From Tubiluchus corallicola (Eukaryota > Animalia > Priapulida), in NCBI GenBank assembly GCA_030141605.1, contig JAQGDQ010000149.1, positions 431,619 to 495,618 of the forward strand: a stretch of 64,000 bases of DNA, given 5' to 3'. The notes beneath the pieces are model-generated. The model saw nothing but the letters and a program-made list of their open reading frames with translations. It did no database searches and had not been told where the DNA came from. Within the stretch, counting starts at the first letter, position 1, and every line of letters starts with the position of its first letter. Made by a program: the position numbers and the translations under genes. Shown one piece after another: positions 25,701 to 39,200 of this stretch.

Positions 25701-26897
25701 TAATTTGGTTACTACGGCAATAATACAGAGATCGTTGATTAATTATATCAAGGTCATTCTTATTATCACTTGAAATAACGTGTCCCAAACATTTTTCTGC
25801 AGAGAGAGAGAGAGAGATGTGTAAAAAATATTTCTGGCAAATACTTTTTTGCGAAACGAGTTTTCTAGCAATTTTTTTTCTGGGGGAAAAAACTTTTGTG
25901 TGAGACACTTTTTCTGGGAAACGGACCTGAACCCTCCCGCAGTGGAGTCCGTGACTTACGTTGTGGCAATAAGCATTTGAGACTATTAATGGTCGAAGAA
26001 AGTCTGTTCCGGTAAGTAGTTTTTCAACTGTTTTGGGCCATTAAGGATACAAAATTTAGGTTTTGATTCAAAAACAGCAATTATTACTTTTTAACCTGCG
26101 AATTAACTAGTTTTCATAAGCTAGCTTTTATATTACACTTGGCTGCGATAAATGCTTTTATCTGATACAAACGTTTACAGTTAACAATAGTGTATGCTGG
26201 GATTTTGTATTGCAGTCGAAACCGTCAAAACACATAACGAACTTCTGTGCCACAGTGTAGCTTACAATGGAATGCCCAGTAGCAAACAAGCATTCACAAA
26301 TTGGATCATGTCAAAATAAATCAGCTATTGTTGCGCTCGTTGCAAAAAGAGAGCTTGTGGAAAATGCACTGGCATTAAGTAAACATTGGTTGCTGGCATA
26401 AATTGTAAATCTCACTAGTCAAATTTGCAATTACTATTGGATTTATATGCAGATATCTCGACATGTTAGGCTTATCAATTCAAAATTTAATACATGGACA
26501 ATTACTAAAATCTATAAGGCACTGTATAATACATATGTATAGGGAATTACAAGGCATCAATAATACTGAGGTATTTATTGTTCATGTATCGAAAATTTGT
26601 TTTATTGTGATTTTTACGTTAATAAAGCTCAGGGGAGAAACCCATGGTCAGGTACATTAACCTGGTTATCTATTTGTAACAGGACTGAAACTGTCAGAAA
26701 TGTTTTTATGATTGTCGTTAAGATAGGGTTAGGCGATTATCCATTTTTAAAGTAAACCTCGATATGTATTTCTTTAATTGTTTGTGTCTCATTAATTTGA
26801 ACGTTTAATCATTTTTATTTAGTCATTCGTACTTCCTGTTTCAAAAGTTCACAAACCAACAATAAAAAACAGACAAGATTTGATTAAAACGTGGCCA

Positions 26898-29800
26898 CAA
26901 CAAAATACATTATTATTTGATTCAAGTCAATTTTCTATTCACTTATAACTTGAGAACAATATGATTCACGCATTACAAATTTCACAAATATAAGGCGTTA
27001 GTTTAATAAATGTTTACTTACATACTACCATTTACGTGAATAGCATAATTATCACAAGTAGCACAATGCACTAAAGCACAATAATCACCTTATGAGGCTC
27101 AATATAAATTCAACTTATGTGCGCCATAATGTTAACTATAATTTAGCACTATAGAGGGACTTGCTCTATTAGCCAACGAAAGAGTCATCGTTACTCATGT
27201 CGAGCGGCCTTATATAAACTTTTCCTTCATAAATTAATCCAAATAGTGGACTTCATGCAATGCACACTTGTATGGTCTGAAACTACCTACAGACCTATTC
27301 TAAGGGAAAATCTAAGTTTAACATTCAAGGCTATATTATAAGACTGTGGTTAAAGGAAAATTCATTAATTAGAAAAAATGCTAGAGAATTTAGGGGAGAT
27401 TTTATAGACACATAAAATTAAATTTATCTTCGGGAAATATATATGCGATTTCCGGACACTCCCCGAATCATAGGGATGCTAAAAATTTCTGAAAGTACAG
27501 ACAAAAACTGTTATTTCCAATACCAGATGCCACCTGAGATTAAAATATGTGATCAATTGCAAACAGTAGTAATCAACTAAATTGTCTAACAAATCTAATG
27601 AATCCTCAACAAGACAAATCAAATGACAATGCATGGGCGCAATTGGGTTAGTAGCATGAAAGTGTAATAACAAGTAACAAATAGTGATAATTTCCTGTTA
27701 TAATCGTTTTTTGTGTTTTCTTCTTTCATAGAACGTATTTACATCTCCAGTAAAGGGTATTTTATCAGGAACATAGTCCGTCCACTAGACACTTGAGTTA
27801 AGAAAGCGTAAACTGTAAACTTGAGAACCAGCCAGCACCAACAACCAGCAAACCGTTAGATGGAAAATGTGCGCACGATGAACGGTACTTGGAGGTGAAG
27901 AAACTGCTGAAGAAACTGCTGGAACCATATGAGGAATATATCACCCTTTGGTTAGATGACATCTTTGCTGACTGACGCTAAGGTCATGAAGTACTGGTGC
28001 TAGGAGTGTCACATGACTTGATGACATCATCGGCTGATTTATTTGCATCTGCAAATGAAGCAGCATTACTGTTCATTAAAGAACAAGAAGGGCCATGCAC
28101 AGTTTTAGATGCTAAGTCTACAATATTGCATTGATGAGTGTTATGATCAATGTACTCTAAAGGATAAAGATGATTTATGCTTCTGATTAGTTTAGTACCA
28201 TTAACTAAAACACAAACAGAACGAATATGTCCATCAGTACTAGGTTTTAGCTCTAATATTTTCCCGTATCGCCATTGTCCACGGGGAAGGTTGTCGAGTC
28301 ACCTTCCCTTGTTTAACATAAGTCTGATGACGAAGACTAGAAAGGTATTCTGATCGCTAGATGTCCCAAAAACGATCGAGGTAAAATCGACCTTTCTTCC
28401 AAACGTTGAGTAAATTCCTTGCTTAAACTTTCTTGCCAGCAAGGAAGTCCCGAACATCATAATCGAAATCAGGTATAGATTCAAGAACCTATAGGTGTAA
28501 GAGCAACAGATGAATTTATATCTGCATCCACACAGACAATGGGTCTATTATTAATCATAGACTCTACCTGTGTAATTAAAGTAGTTAGCTGCACAGGTGT
28601 TAAGGGGCGACTAGCTATAGTCTTTCTAAGCGCCTTTTTAACCAAGCTGTTCAAACGTTCATAGACGCCATATGTCCAAGCTGCCTTTGGTGTTATAAAA
28701 TGCCATTCCACCCCTTTAGCAATAACTGAGTCTAATACAGCATTCACAAAGATGTAATTAATAGTTTCATGAGCTAGTTTAAATGATGAAAATTTATCAG
28801 AGAGAATAAACTTTGGAAGCCCACGCCTAGCAAAAAATCTTTGCAGACAAAGTGCAAAATGTTCTGCTGTCAGATTGTGGACTAACTCTAAGTGGACCCC
28901 ACGGGCGACAAAACATGTAAAGCGACAAATCCGTGCCTTCTCGAACACGGTGTTACCCTCTCTAAAAAATCTTTACCCTTACTGGACCGAAGTAGTCGAG
29001 TCCACAATACAAAAAAGGTTTAGTGACTTTTATCCGTGATAAAGGAAGGTCCGCCATTTTAGGTAAGGCGTAAGGACCCCATCAATTGTACGACATGATT
29101 GACAGTCAGACAAAACCCGGCGGGTGACAATACGCCCACTGGAAATCCAATATTTTTGACGCACTAATGCGAGTGTCTGAGATGGGCCAGGATGTAAATT
29201 AGTAACATGAACATGTCTTACCACTAATTTTGTAAATTCATGATCCTTAGGTAAGAGGATACACCTTTGAGAACCATAACTAATTAGGTTATCTAAGCGT
29301 CCTGTATATAGAATAATACCATCCTCATCTATGATGAGACCTAAATTTTTCGTATTTCTCAGCTGCTCAGGAGTGAAAAGGCGATGTGTCTGCCTCACCC
29401 ATGCTAAAGTTGACTCTCCCAAGTCGGATTACGAAACCGTTTCACAGCTTTAAAGACGTAGCACGTCGTTCGAAGCAACCTGAGAAGAGAAGAGAACTTG
29501 TTAACTGATATGACAAAGTAAGATCACATTTAACATTATCTGTAGCACTAAGAACAGGTTCAAAAGCAATCATTTCTTTAGACTCTTTAGTTTTGACCTC
29601 TGCCTCTATCTGCTCTAATTGCAAAGATGTAAGAGAAGGCAAATCACAAGTAGGCCGTTTGCGTTTTTTCAGAAAGCAAAAATTCAGGCACATGAAACCA
29701 ACTTTCAGATAACGGACCAAAATTTGGCCTGGTAGCACAATCAGCAATGTTCCGCTCAGCTGGTACATAGCGAAAGAAAAAATTGTCTACTACACTGTTG

Positions 29801-32800
29801 TGCACAAACGTTAAGAGGTTTACTAGACTTTAACCAGTATAATACGCACAAAGAGTCAGTAAATAGTGTACATGCTACAGTATTCAACTTAAGTTCTTGA
29901 CAAACATAGTTAACAGCTCGAGTGCCAACTAAAACTCCAAAAAGTTTTAAGCGTGGAATGCTGACATTCTTTGGAGCGAGGCGAGTCTTTCAAAAGACCA
30001 AATCCACTCTAACTTGCCCATCATGAAGTACCTGGCGTAAAAAGACAACACAAGCATAAGCATACATAGAAGTATCAGTAAAACATATAACAGATCAAAT
30101 AAAATATTATCATCCATATTTGTACAAACACAACGGGCTATATACAAAGAAAAAATGGTGTACAAGCGATCAGCAATCAATTTCCATTGTTCTAAATGAT
30201 GCTCACTAAGTGGCTGGTCCCAGCCATACTTTTCTACCCAAAGTTGAGTTAAAACAACTTTGCATCAAGTGTAAGCGGAGATGCATAACCACAGGGGTCA
30301 AACGACTGCAACTTGTTTTAATATCTCACGTTTAGTGGAACAATTGTGCATGTTTACATCAATCTTATGCGAAATAGACAATGTGTCATCCTTGGTGTTC
30401 CATTTTAATCCTAATACTTTAATTTCTGAGGATGCAATTTTATCTTCCTCAGGAAGAGAAGCAATAAACTCTAGGTTATTAAAACCCCATTCCCTCAAAT
30501 TCGTAGATGCCGTGGAAAACAGATCTTTAGCTAATTTTTAGAAGGAAATGGCTTCATCAGTTGTGGCAACACCAGCTACATGTTAGCTAGAATGCGACTC
30601 GCAATGGGTATCTTACCAGACATTTTACTAAGATGATGCTGGACAGTACCTGCTAGCATCCATGGGCTACTCAGAGTGCCAAACGGACAGCGAGTAAAAC
30701 GAAATATTCGCAAGTTACCAGTAGGATCAGTGCTACCAATATCCTTTAATCAAAGAAAACGTGTGACGTCTCGATCAGGCTCATGTAAACGAACTGCAAG
30801 GTAGGCCTTCTCAATGTCCCTAACTAATCCGTACTCGTGCATCCTGAAACGAAGAAGTACACCACATCAGTCAGGCATTAGAACAGGACCGCGGTATAAA
30901 CAGTCATTTAGGGACGGACTAGATTTATTTACCTTAGCATAGGCATTGTAAACTATTCTTAATTTAGTGCTAGCTCTCTGGGGGGGGGGGGGGTGTGATA
31001 ACTGGGTGATGAGGAATATAATGAATAGTTTTACCTGTAACGGTATCTTCGGTAACAGGCTCAATGATACCTTTTTTCTAACTGATCCTGAATGACACTG
31101 TCATATTTCTCTAAGAACTGTGGTTGTTTAACTAAACGACGCAAGTAAGATTTTAATTGGCCTAGTGAAAGTGCAAATTATCAGGAAGTATATCTTGTTT
31201 ACATCGCCAAGGTCATGATACGTAATAGCGGCCGTCACGATACTCAATAGTATTATCAAAATTCTTTTTAGCTTCTAAATCTCCAGCACTTGTTGGGCAG
31301 TCAGAAATTCCCAACAAGTCTAAATCCCAAAATCGGTTTACATCCAAATTAATGTCATGTTTATTTTGTTGATACTACGATCAAAGGCTGCTAATGATGT
31401 TTCTAAGCTGTCTTTCTCCAAAGTAACTAAACCATCAGTTGTAATACCTGGTTCTATGCAAAGTAATCCAGCTTTGTGCTCAGGGACTAAAGCAGTTTTC
31501 TTGAAATTTGGATATGTTCCTCCTAAGACGTATCCTAAACATGTTGCAACCAGGTCTAATTTCTTCCTTAAATGGCAAAAGAGTTTGGAAGTAGTAATCA
31601 CTACCAATTAACAAATCTGTGGTATTGATATGATGGTTTGGATTACAATAGTCATCGGCTAAACTATAGCCGTAAGTACGTTCAAGAAAAGCAGCTATTT
31701 CACGTGGCAAAGGTTCACGCAATGTAGGGGAAGATATGCATTCAACTACGCGGACAACTAACGGTAGATACAAATTTTCTTTAGTAATCAAATTAACACG
31801 TGTTGTAAAGCACGGTACCCTAGATAAGGTATGACTGCCAAAAGTAGCAATTTGTAAAAACTCACATTTAGTTGGCTTAATGCCTAATTGCACAGCTAAA
31901 CGTTCAGTTATATAAAAACAAGCACTTCCTAAAATCAAGCGTTGCATTAACTTAAACCCTTTGATTAGTAACAGGATTACTTACAATGCAAGAAGCAGTT
32001 TGCATACATACGCTCACCGAGGTAGTTGAATACAGAGCCTTTTCTGAAATAGCTTATGTAGTTGTAAACTAAAGATCAGGATGACTATTCGCATCTGCAA
32101 CAGCACCTGTTACCGGGGGAAACTTCTTGAAACAAAGACTTCGGTGATGACCTGGTCGGCTACAATGGACACAAACACGTGAAGTCTTACAGTTAGGTGC
32201 ATAATGGTTAACGCTTAAACACTTAAGGCACCTAAAGGCTAAAAGTGCTTTACGAGCAGCAGCACTAGAATGAACAGTACAAAGAATTTTCCTACCAGAA
32301 GCGTTACTGGGTTTTTGCCGCGACTGGGGTGCTGTCTTCTTAGGCTGATCCACAACCTGCAATACACTCTCACCTCGAGAAACACTCTGTGATTTGGAAT
32401 AATCAGGCTTACGGTTGAAGAGATCTGGCTTCCGAAGAGCACCAAGTGAAGAAGCTTCTTCTTCAACAGCTTCCAAGTTAGCAACATAATTCTGCAAACG
32501 GTCACGAAGGTCTTCGGTGGTCCAAGACTTACGCTTTTCAGTGAATCTCGAATAGCTGCAAGCACAGATTTGGGTAAGCGGCTAGTTATTAGTGGAACTA
32601 CCATATAATCATCTATTTTTCTTCCAGCACCCTTTATAGAACGCAAATGGACTTCAAGCCTATCTAAAAAACTGCGCATGTTTTCTGCACCTTCACCAAC
32701 ACATTCTAAGGAAGACAGAGCTTTGTAATGTCTATCAAGCAAAACATCTTCATTACCAAAGGGTTCTTTAAGCACTGACAAATCAGTAGGATAATTCTCT

Positions 32801-35627
32801 TTGCAAGTTACGTAACCATTTATAGAACGAGTTGCTGCACCAGTAAGTTTCAACTAAAGATGCTGAAATTTTTCCACATCACTTAGATCCCCACTAAAAC
32901 TTTTGATTTCTAATTTAGGGACTTTACTTTGTACTTTACCGTGTGTATGTGTGTAATAATTTTGAAACATTACCTGTGATACATTAGAGGCTGTAGGTCA
33001 ATTATGAATTATGAATTTATTTTTATGAATTTTTTTTATGAATTATGAATTTATTCCACAGCAACTCAAACATACATATAAATTGATATAACATTGAAAA
33101 AAACTAAACTATGCGAGTTACTGTGAGGAGGAGGAAGGAGCATTTAGCTTTCGAGTCCTCCTCCAGATAAGTGAAACAATTGACAATTAACATTACATTT
33201 TCATCAGTTATAGCATACATTAGAACAAAATAAGTTTTGTTAGTAACTTAAGATCAGGATGAGTAAAATTGTGAGTTAATTATACCGTTGTGGTAGGTAA
33301 TTCTTTGATGCTTTTTAAATTGATAAAGATTAAGAGTTTTCATTTCACGCGGAATTGATGATCATATTTTAATAGCATTATATTTTGATGACTGTTTCAT
33401 TATATTTGTTTTTGGAAAGGGGAGTACATAGTTTTCGACTGAATATCTTGTGTAATGATCATGTTGATTTGAAACTGGACTAAAGTATGACTGAAAAGCT
33501 GGCGGAAGTAGTGAATTATGATAGTGATACATGAAATGAAGACAATACATGTCATATATTTCTTTCACTTTAAGAGTTTTAACAGACAAATAAATTATAT
33601 TTGTGGGATGGTCATACCTTACATGATATATTAGTTTGATAATTTTGTTCTGGGTAATTTGTAAAGCTTCCAGATTACTTTTATATACACCACCCCAAGA
33701 CATGACGCCATATATTAGATATGGGTAGACTAAACTGTAATAGATTTTCATCAATGTTTCTCTATTAACAAACTTGCGTAATTTATAGATGATTCCCAAG
33801 GTTTTACTCAATTTATGCTTTATTATACTTATTTGGTACTTCCAGTCTAGGTGCTCATCAAGAAATATTCCCAAATATTTAACATGTGACTTTTTTCAAC
33901 AATAACATTACTAAGAACTATGGTTATATTTCTTGATGGTGTTCTCCTTTTCTTTTTTAGAAGCATGAAGTTAGATTTATTAATATTCAATGAGAGCTTA
34001 TTGACATTCAACCATTCTGTTACTTTATTTAACTGGGTATTCATAACACTCTCCAAGTTATCTATATTTGAATCACTTAAAAAAATATTTGTGTCATCTG
34101 CAAAAAGTCTGAAGATTAAATTTGAGCAACTTAGTGGCATATCATTTATATATAGAGAAATAAAAGTGGTCCTAGAGTAGAACCTTGGGGAACACCATGC
34201 TTAATTGGAAGTGTATTGGATTTACATCCATTTAGTTCGACATACTGGAGACGATCACAAAGATAACTTTTGAACCATGATTGAGCTGAATGCCTTATAC
34301 CATAATAATGCAATTTGTCTAGAAGAATACAATGATTTACCGTATCAAATGCCTTTGATAAATCTATAAACAGACCACAGACATACTGATCATTATCAAG
34401 CGCCTCTACAATTTTATTAGTTATTTCAATTAATGCTAATGCTGTTGAATGCGACTTTCGAAAACCGAATTGATAGTCATATAAAACTTTGTTTTGTAAA
34501 AGAAAAGAGGACAGTTGATTAAATGCGATTTTTTTCAAGTATTTTAGAAAAAACACTTAATAGTGAAATTGGTCGATAATTAGATAACTTAGTTTTACTA
34601 TTTGATTTATAAACAGGAATTACTTTAGTGAGTTTAAGCTGTTCAGGAAAAATACCAGTATTAAATGATTGATTAATTATAAAAGTTAATGGCTTCGAAA
34701 TGATGTAACTAGCAATTTTAACAAAAAAATTACTGACACCATCTGCACCAGGGGCTTTGTTACCCTTAAGTCTTGTTAATAATGAAAGCACTTCTACTTC
34801 ATTAGTAGGTTCAAATCTAAATTCATTAGCGAGATTACCAGTTAAATACGAAAGATGATGCTTATTGACATTTGGAATATTTTGTGCCAATGTTGGTCCA
34901 ACTTCAACAAAAAACTTATTAAATTTATCAGCCATTAACTGGGGTTGGGTTATTTGTCATTATTAATAACTAATTTAGTAGGACAATTCTTTTGGGCTTT
35001 TAGTTTTACTAGTTCATTGACTATTTTCCACATTGATTTAATATCTTTATTAGCTGACTGAAATTTCTTAATATAATATAGTTCTTTGCTTTTATTTTTT
35101 AATTTATTCAGGATATTGGCATATGTTTTATATTTATTTTGCTTATTCACATCATTAGATCTAAATAATGTGACATACATTTTTTGTTTTTTCCTAACAC
35201 TAACAAGTATTCCTCTAGTAACCGTAGGTGTGGAGGCAGAAGGTAAATTATGTGAATGAGATGATTTGTCAAGTCCATGAAGTTCTGTCATAACATGTAA
35301 CTGTGCTATAAGCCGGTTGATTTTATCAGCCAAGTAAAGATTCTCATCAATATACTCATTAGTTTTTTGCATAAGTTCAGCAGTGTCATGAGACTGCAAA
35401 GCTTGGTCAGTAAGTGTTTCAACACGGCGAAGTTTCTCAGATAAAGAAGATTTAATTGCCCGTACTTTGCTGGTAATAGAGAGAGGGTCTTTGTTAATGG
35501 CACAAGAAGATAATTTGGAAAGATCTTCAGCTGTTTTTAAGTCTTTTAAGAGTCCAACTTCAAGAGAAAGATATTGTTGTATGCATATATAGTATATATA
35601 TATATTTGACTGTGATTTTCGCAAACA
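26898..35627 (-). mobile_element. Decayed BEL/Pao LTR retrotransposon (gag-protease-RT-RNaseH-integrase), with many stops and frameshifts; outer boundaries tentative
   Basis: Gag: coiled-coil N-terminus (35230-35580), VPKLEIKSFSGD/LTGAA region (32500-32930), Cys/His cluster CLKCLSVNHYAPNC..CVHCSRPGHHRSLC. Protease region 31480-31947 (DLLIGSDYY). RT: KLRIVYNA..SLNDCLYRGP, DIEKAY. Pao RNase H region: KVLGLKWN. Integrase: HVTNLHPG..CQSC, FTCFVARGVHLELV..RFFARRGLP..YERL..INNRP, then WRYGKILEL..DGHIRSV..RSINHLYPLE. A PPT-like GGGGAG precedes TGTCCGG (3' LTR start at 27458). Confidence 0.88.
32999..35223 (-). mobile_element. 5'-truncated CR1/L2-group LINE inserted into the BEL/Pao gag
   Basis: RT motifs KAPGADG, NYRPISLL, QFGFRKSHST, FIDLSKAFDTVNH, GVPQGSTLGPLLF and LFADDT, with frameshifts. 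3' tail is AATAAA plus (ATTCATA)n at 33000-33055. 6-bp TSD GTAGGT at 32993-32998 and 35224-35229. Confidence 0.93.
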
Positions 35628-35740
35628 GTGGCCAACAGCTACATTTTACATGTTATATTACCGTGTACAACTTAACTATATTTGTATTCCAGATTTGTTT
35701 TCATAAAAAGTTTTGTGTGTTTTCATAAAAAGAATTGTAA

Positions 35741-35894
35741 GAGTTTACAATTCCTCACACAATGTAAATACCCTAGCCCTAATCCTAACCCTAGCCCTAA
35801 CCCTAACACTAGTCCTAACCCCAACCCTAACACTAATCCTAATCCTAATTCGCTTCACGAACTAATTTCTTGTGTGTATGGAATTGTAAACTTT
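35741..35894. repeat. Telomere-like (CCCTAA)n degenerate array enclosed by an inverted repeat
   Basis: About 13 units of CCCTAA/CCCTAG/TCCTAA/CACTAA at 35771-35849. They lie between AGTTTACAATTCCTCACACAA and TTGTGTGTATGGAATTGTAAACT. Confidence 0.85.
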
Positions 35895-37156
35895 AGTCAA
35901 AGTTTTTTCTTGCCTACGGTCAACTGAGAATAATGAGTAATTGAAATATATTTGTATTATATAGTCAATTGTGTTATAGTTTGACTTATTCAATTTTTTG
36001 TGTGTTTACAAGCAATATTCTTTTGCGGATTACGCTATTTATAATTGATTAATGATTATAACTCTTATAATTTCGTACAAAAAAGCTTTTGATGTAGCCT
36101 ACATTTTTGCGGACAGCGGATTTTCAAATTTCACGTAAACCTAGTATTCTGCGTCTGTGGCTAAACGAAAAAGTGATATCCGCAAATCTTAAAAATATGC
36201 GAATAAATTTCGCAATGAGGAATAATGTACGCGAAAGACTGTGCACATAGTATGCAAGGCAACTAATTTACCACTAATTAAGACTAATGTTTGATTGTGT
36301 AGCTAAAATTAAGAATCTGAGTAAAAACTGTTTAACGCCCATCACAATCTAGTAAATCAATACTTTTTTCTTACTGTTCTTAAGTTACATGTATATGTTT
36401 GATATTAGTTGCTGTTTTGCATGTCTTAAATTATATGTTTTATTGCACATCACGAGCCTTTGCTGACTCACTAGACTTAAAGGATACCAAGTAAGTGCTT
36501 ACTTCTACAAGCCTTAGGCTAACAAGGCAAATATTTTCTGTATTACTGCAATGTGCAGACTCTCTATTACAGCAATGCAGACTCTCCATTAATTGACATT
36601 TGACCAGAAAAATTGTTCACAGTACATATGTTCGTAGCATTCCTACTTTATTTTACTACTGCAATTTTTTTCGTACAGTAGCTAATAGTCGCCCAAAAAC
36701 TTTACTGCGTCTGTAACTAAACTTTTGCTTTTAATAAAGGGTGGCTGATTAAGTGACCTGTTGGTCTTCCGGTGCTCGTCAGTTACATTGAATTTGTCAT
36801 ATAAGTATTCTTTTTGAGTAATGTTGAGAAAATAATGCTGAATTGAATTGAATAAATTCGTGTTAGATCAGTGCTACCAAAGGGTATATCACAAATTTTT
36901 AAGCAGCAGTCGAGTACTGATTGCTTTTGCATTAAAAGGTGCCATGAAATGTAATTATAATAAGTATCCATTATTAACTTTCATCGCTACTACTGTACAA
37001 GATAAAGAGGTGTACTTATGAATAGTGCATACCAATCATAATTTTGACGAGTTCTTCTCATCTCTGACATATAGCAGCTTCCAGTGTCATAACTGATAAG
37101 TGCATCCTCAATAAGTAGTTTGACAATCTGCCAGGCGAAAACTGGGTGATGCCGTG

Positions 37157-38450
37157 TGTGATATATGTGGTGTACCACCTATGATATAGGACGCTTTCGT
37201 TACGACACCACAAACACTTTTTGCTACTAATTACCGATATGTGCTGACACGTGGGTTCAGTGAATCTTTCCATTTAAGCATAGTTCACAAACATGTATAC
37301 AGAATAGAAGCAAATAAAACAGTTTTTAATATTACCGATAAATTCTGTGTTTAATGAGAGAATAAGAAGTAAAAACAATTTACTTTAAACCAAAACAACA
37401 ACAAACTTGTTATAATTACAAACGACGTTTCTAGATGACTTACGATAATCAGAAGACTAGTTAGCCCCAACCCAGGTGAGGGAGAAGGATGTAAGGTAAG
37501 TATACTTATCAGTTGTAGTGACTGCAGTCGGAAGCTGTCGGATTCAACGTTTGACGATCTCCATCACTCTGGAAGCTGGAATAACGTGACTAACCGGTTA
37601 TGCAAACTTCCTGGAATCTTGTGCAGTTACTCTTCCAAAGCTCAGCAGGGGATGGAATCTTACGTTGCCACTTCTACAATGCTTGTCAGGTGTACCGAAG
37701 TCGTAAGTGGTTACTTCACTAATCCTAGTGGAGTGCAGTGGAGTCCTGACCCGTGGAGCTCGTGTAACTACCATTGATACTGCGTCTGGTCATAACCTGG
37801 TTGTTTCTGCACCGGATCTCCTGAATTTCCGTTTACAGCAGTACGTCTAATAAGAATAACAGCCAGTTTATGGGTGTTTCCGCCTCACGGCTCGAACACC
37901 TAACCCTTTGGTGTGTCAGTGCCCTTTAATCACTTTCTGTCGCCACAGTAATTAAGTCTTGACTTCGATTGCTAATGTATGTTTCGTCGGAAGCCATATT
38001 TGACGACTTCACTGGCTTAGCACGTTCGACCCACTGTCTTGAACCTAGTTTCAATTTCTAGAACAGGTAAAACTGGATGACCTTGTCCTTTAACACGACG
38101 ATTCATTGGCCAGATAGCCTGTTCAGTTGAGCATATGACCAATCACTTACTTTCTTGTAAAGGAGATCTAGGACAGGTATAAGGTGGGACCCTTCCCAGA
38201 GCTAACTAGGTGCATGCTCATATATGTACAGTCACAACTTGCTTTACTGTAGTAGGTAAATTCGCTTAATGAGTAATTAACTAATGACTCATTCAATTAA
38301 CATAAGTAATTAGCTAACTTAAGCTATTAATGCAGCCTAAGTATGGGACATACACAAAAATCATACTAGAATACAGTTCAACTATATTAGAAGGGGTTGC
38401 AATGCTGCTCGGTAGTTCTTATATTCCAGACTGACGTCACGGACGTCACA
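37157..38450 (-). repeat. 3' LTR of the Gmr1-type element
   Basis: TGTGATATATGTGG...GGACGTCACA, repeated at 43711-45004. Confidence 0.95.
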
Positions 38451-39200
38451 TAGCCCCCGATCAAAGAGTATGCCATATACTTTAAAGTTATGGATGGAAT
38501 ATAAGATCTATCGGGTTAGCAAATACGAATCAAACAAATTATAGCTGGCTAGCACAATACCTAGAAGCCATGATTTCAACATTAAGACATCATATCATAC
38601 GGGCCTGTAAGTTCTACTGAAAATTAAGAGTACATTCGTAAACCAACATTTCATATGAAGCCTTTCACAAAGCAGTTAAGCTATCACTATAACCTTTACA
38701 CATCAGTAAAGTAGGAAATGTAAGCAACGCCGAACTTCTCCAAGTTCGAATTACATTCAACAGAGCATTCATCAACTCAATATCTAACTATGTGGTACCA
38801 CGATGAAGTTTTCCTTTAAACTTATCAACCTCCACGTGGTCTTTACGTGATCTGAAGTTACTATCAGATTAACTAAGCTTCAATACTTGATTCTGAACTA
38901 ATGGCCAACATGTTCAGCATATAAACATTGGTAGGCTCATGCCTTTCCAATACACAAGGGGCCTCCATCGTCCCTTGAAGGAGCACTAACAGGTGCAATG
39001 CAGTTGGTATGTACCTTGGCATAGGATGCACATAGAGCATTCGACCCTATGTCATCAAAGTAGAAGTTACGATATTTTAGGGCTTGCCAATTATAATTCA
39101 ACTAAATAGATACGAGATTAAACACAAACACAATATTACGACCTTATCACTTTAAATGTTTCTGGCTATTTACAAGTTACAGTTTTCTTTCTGGTCACTG

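Noticed and set aside
35682-35927. PNPNPS-repeat protein
   Set aside because: Translation of the (CCCTAA)n array.
37586-37777. Identical 63-aa ORFs (also 44140-44331) and identical 66-aa ORFs (46398-46598, 58016-58216)
   Set aside because: They are duplicated only because they lie in LTRs. They are antisense to the elements and have no coding hallmarks.
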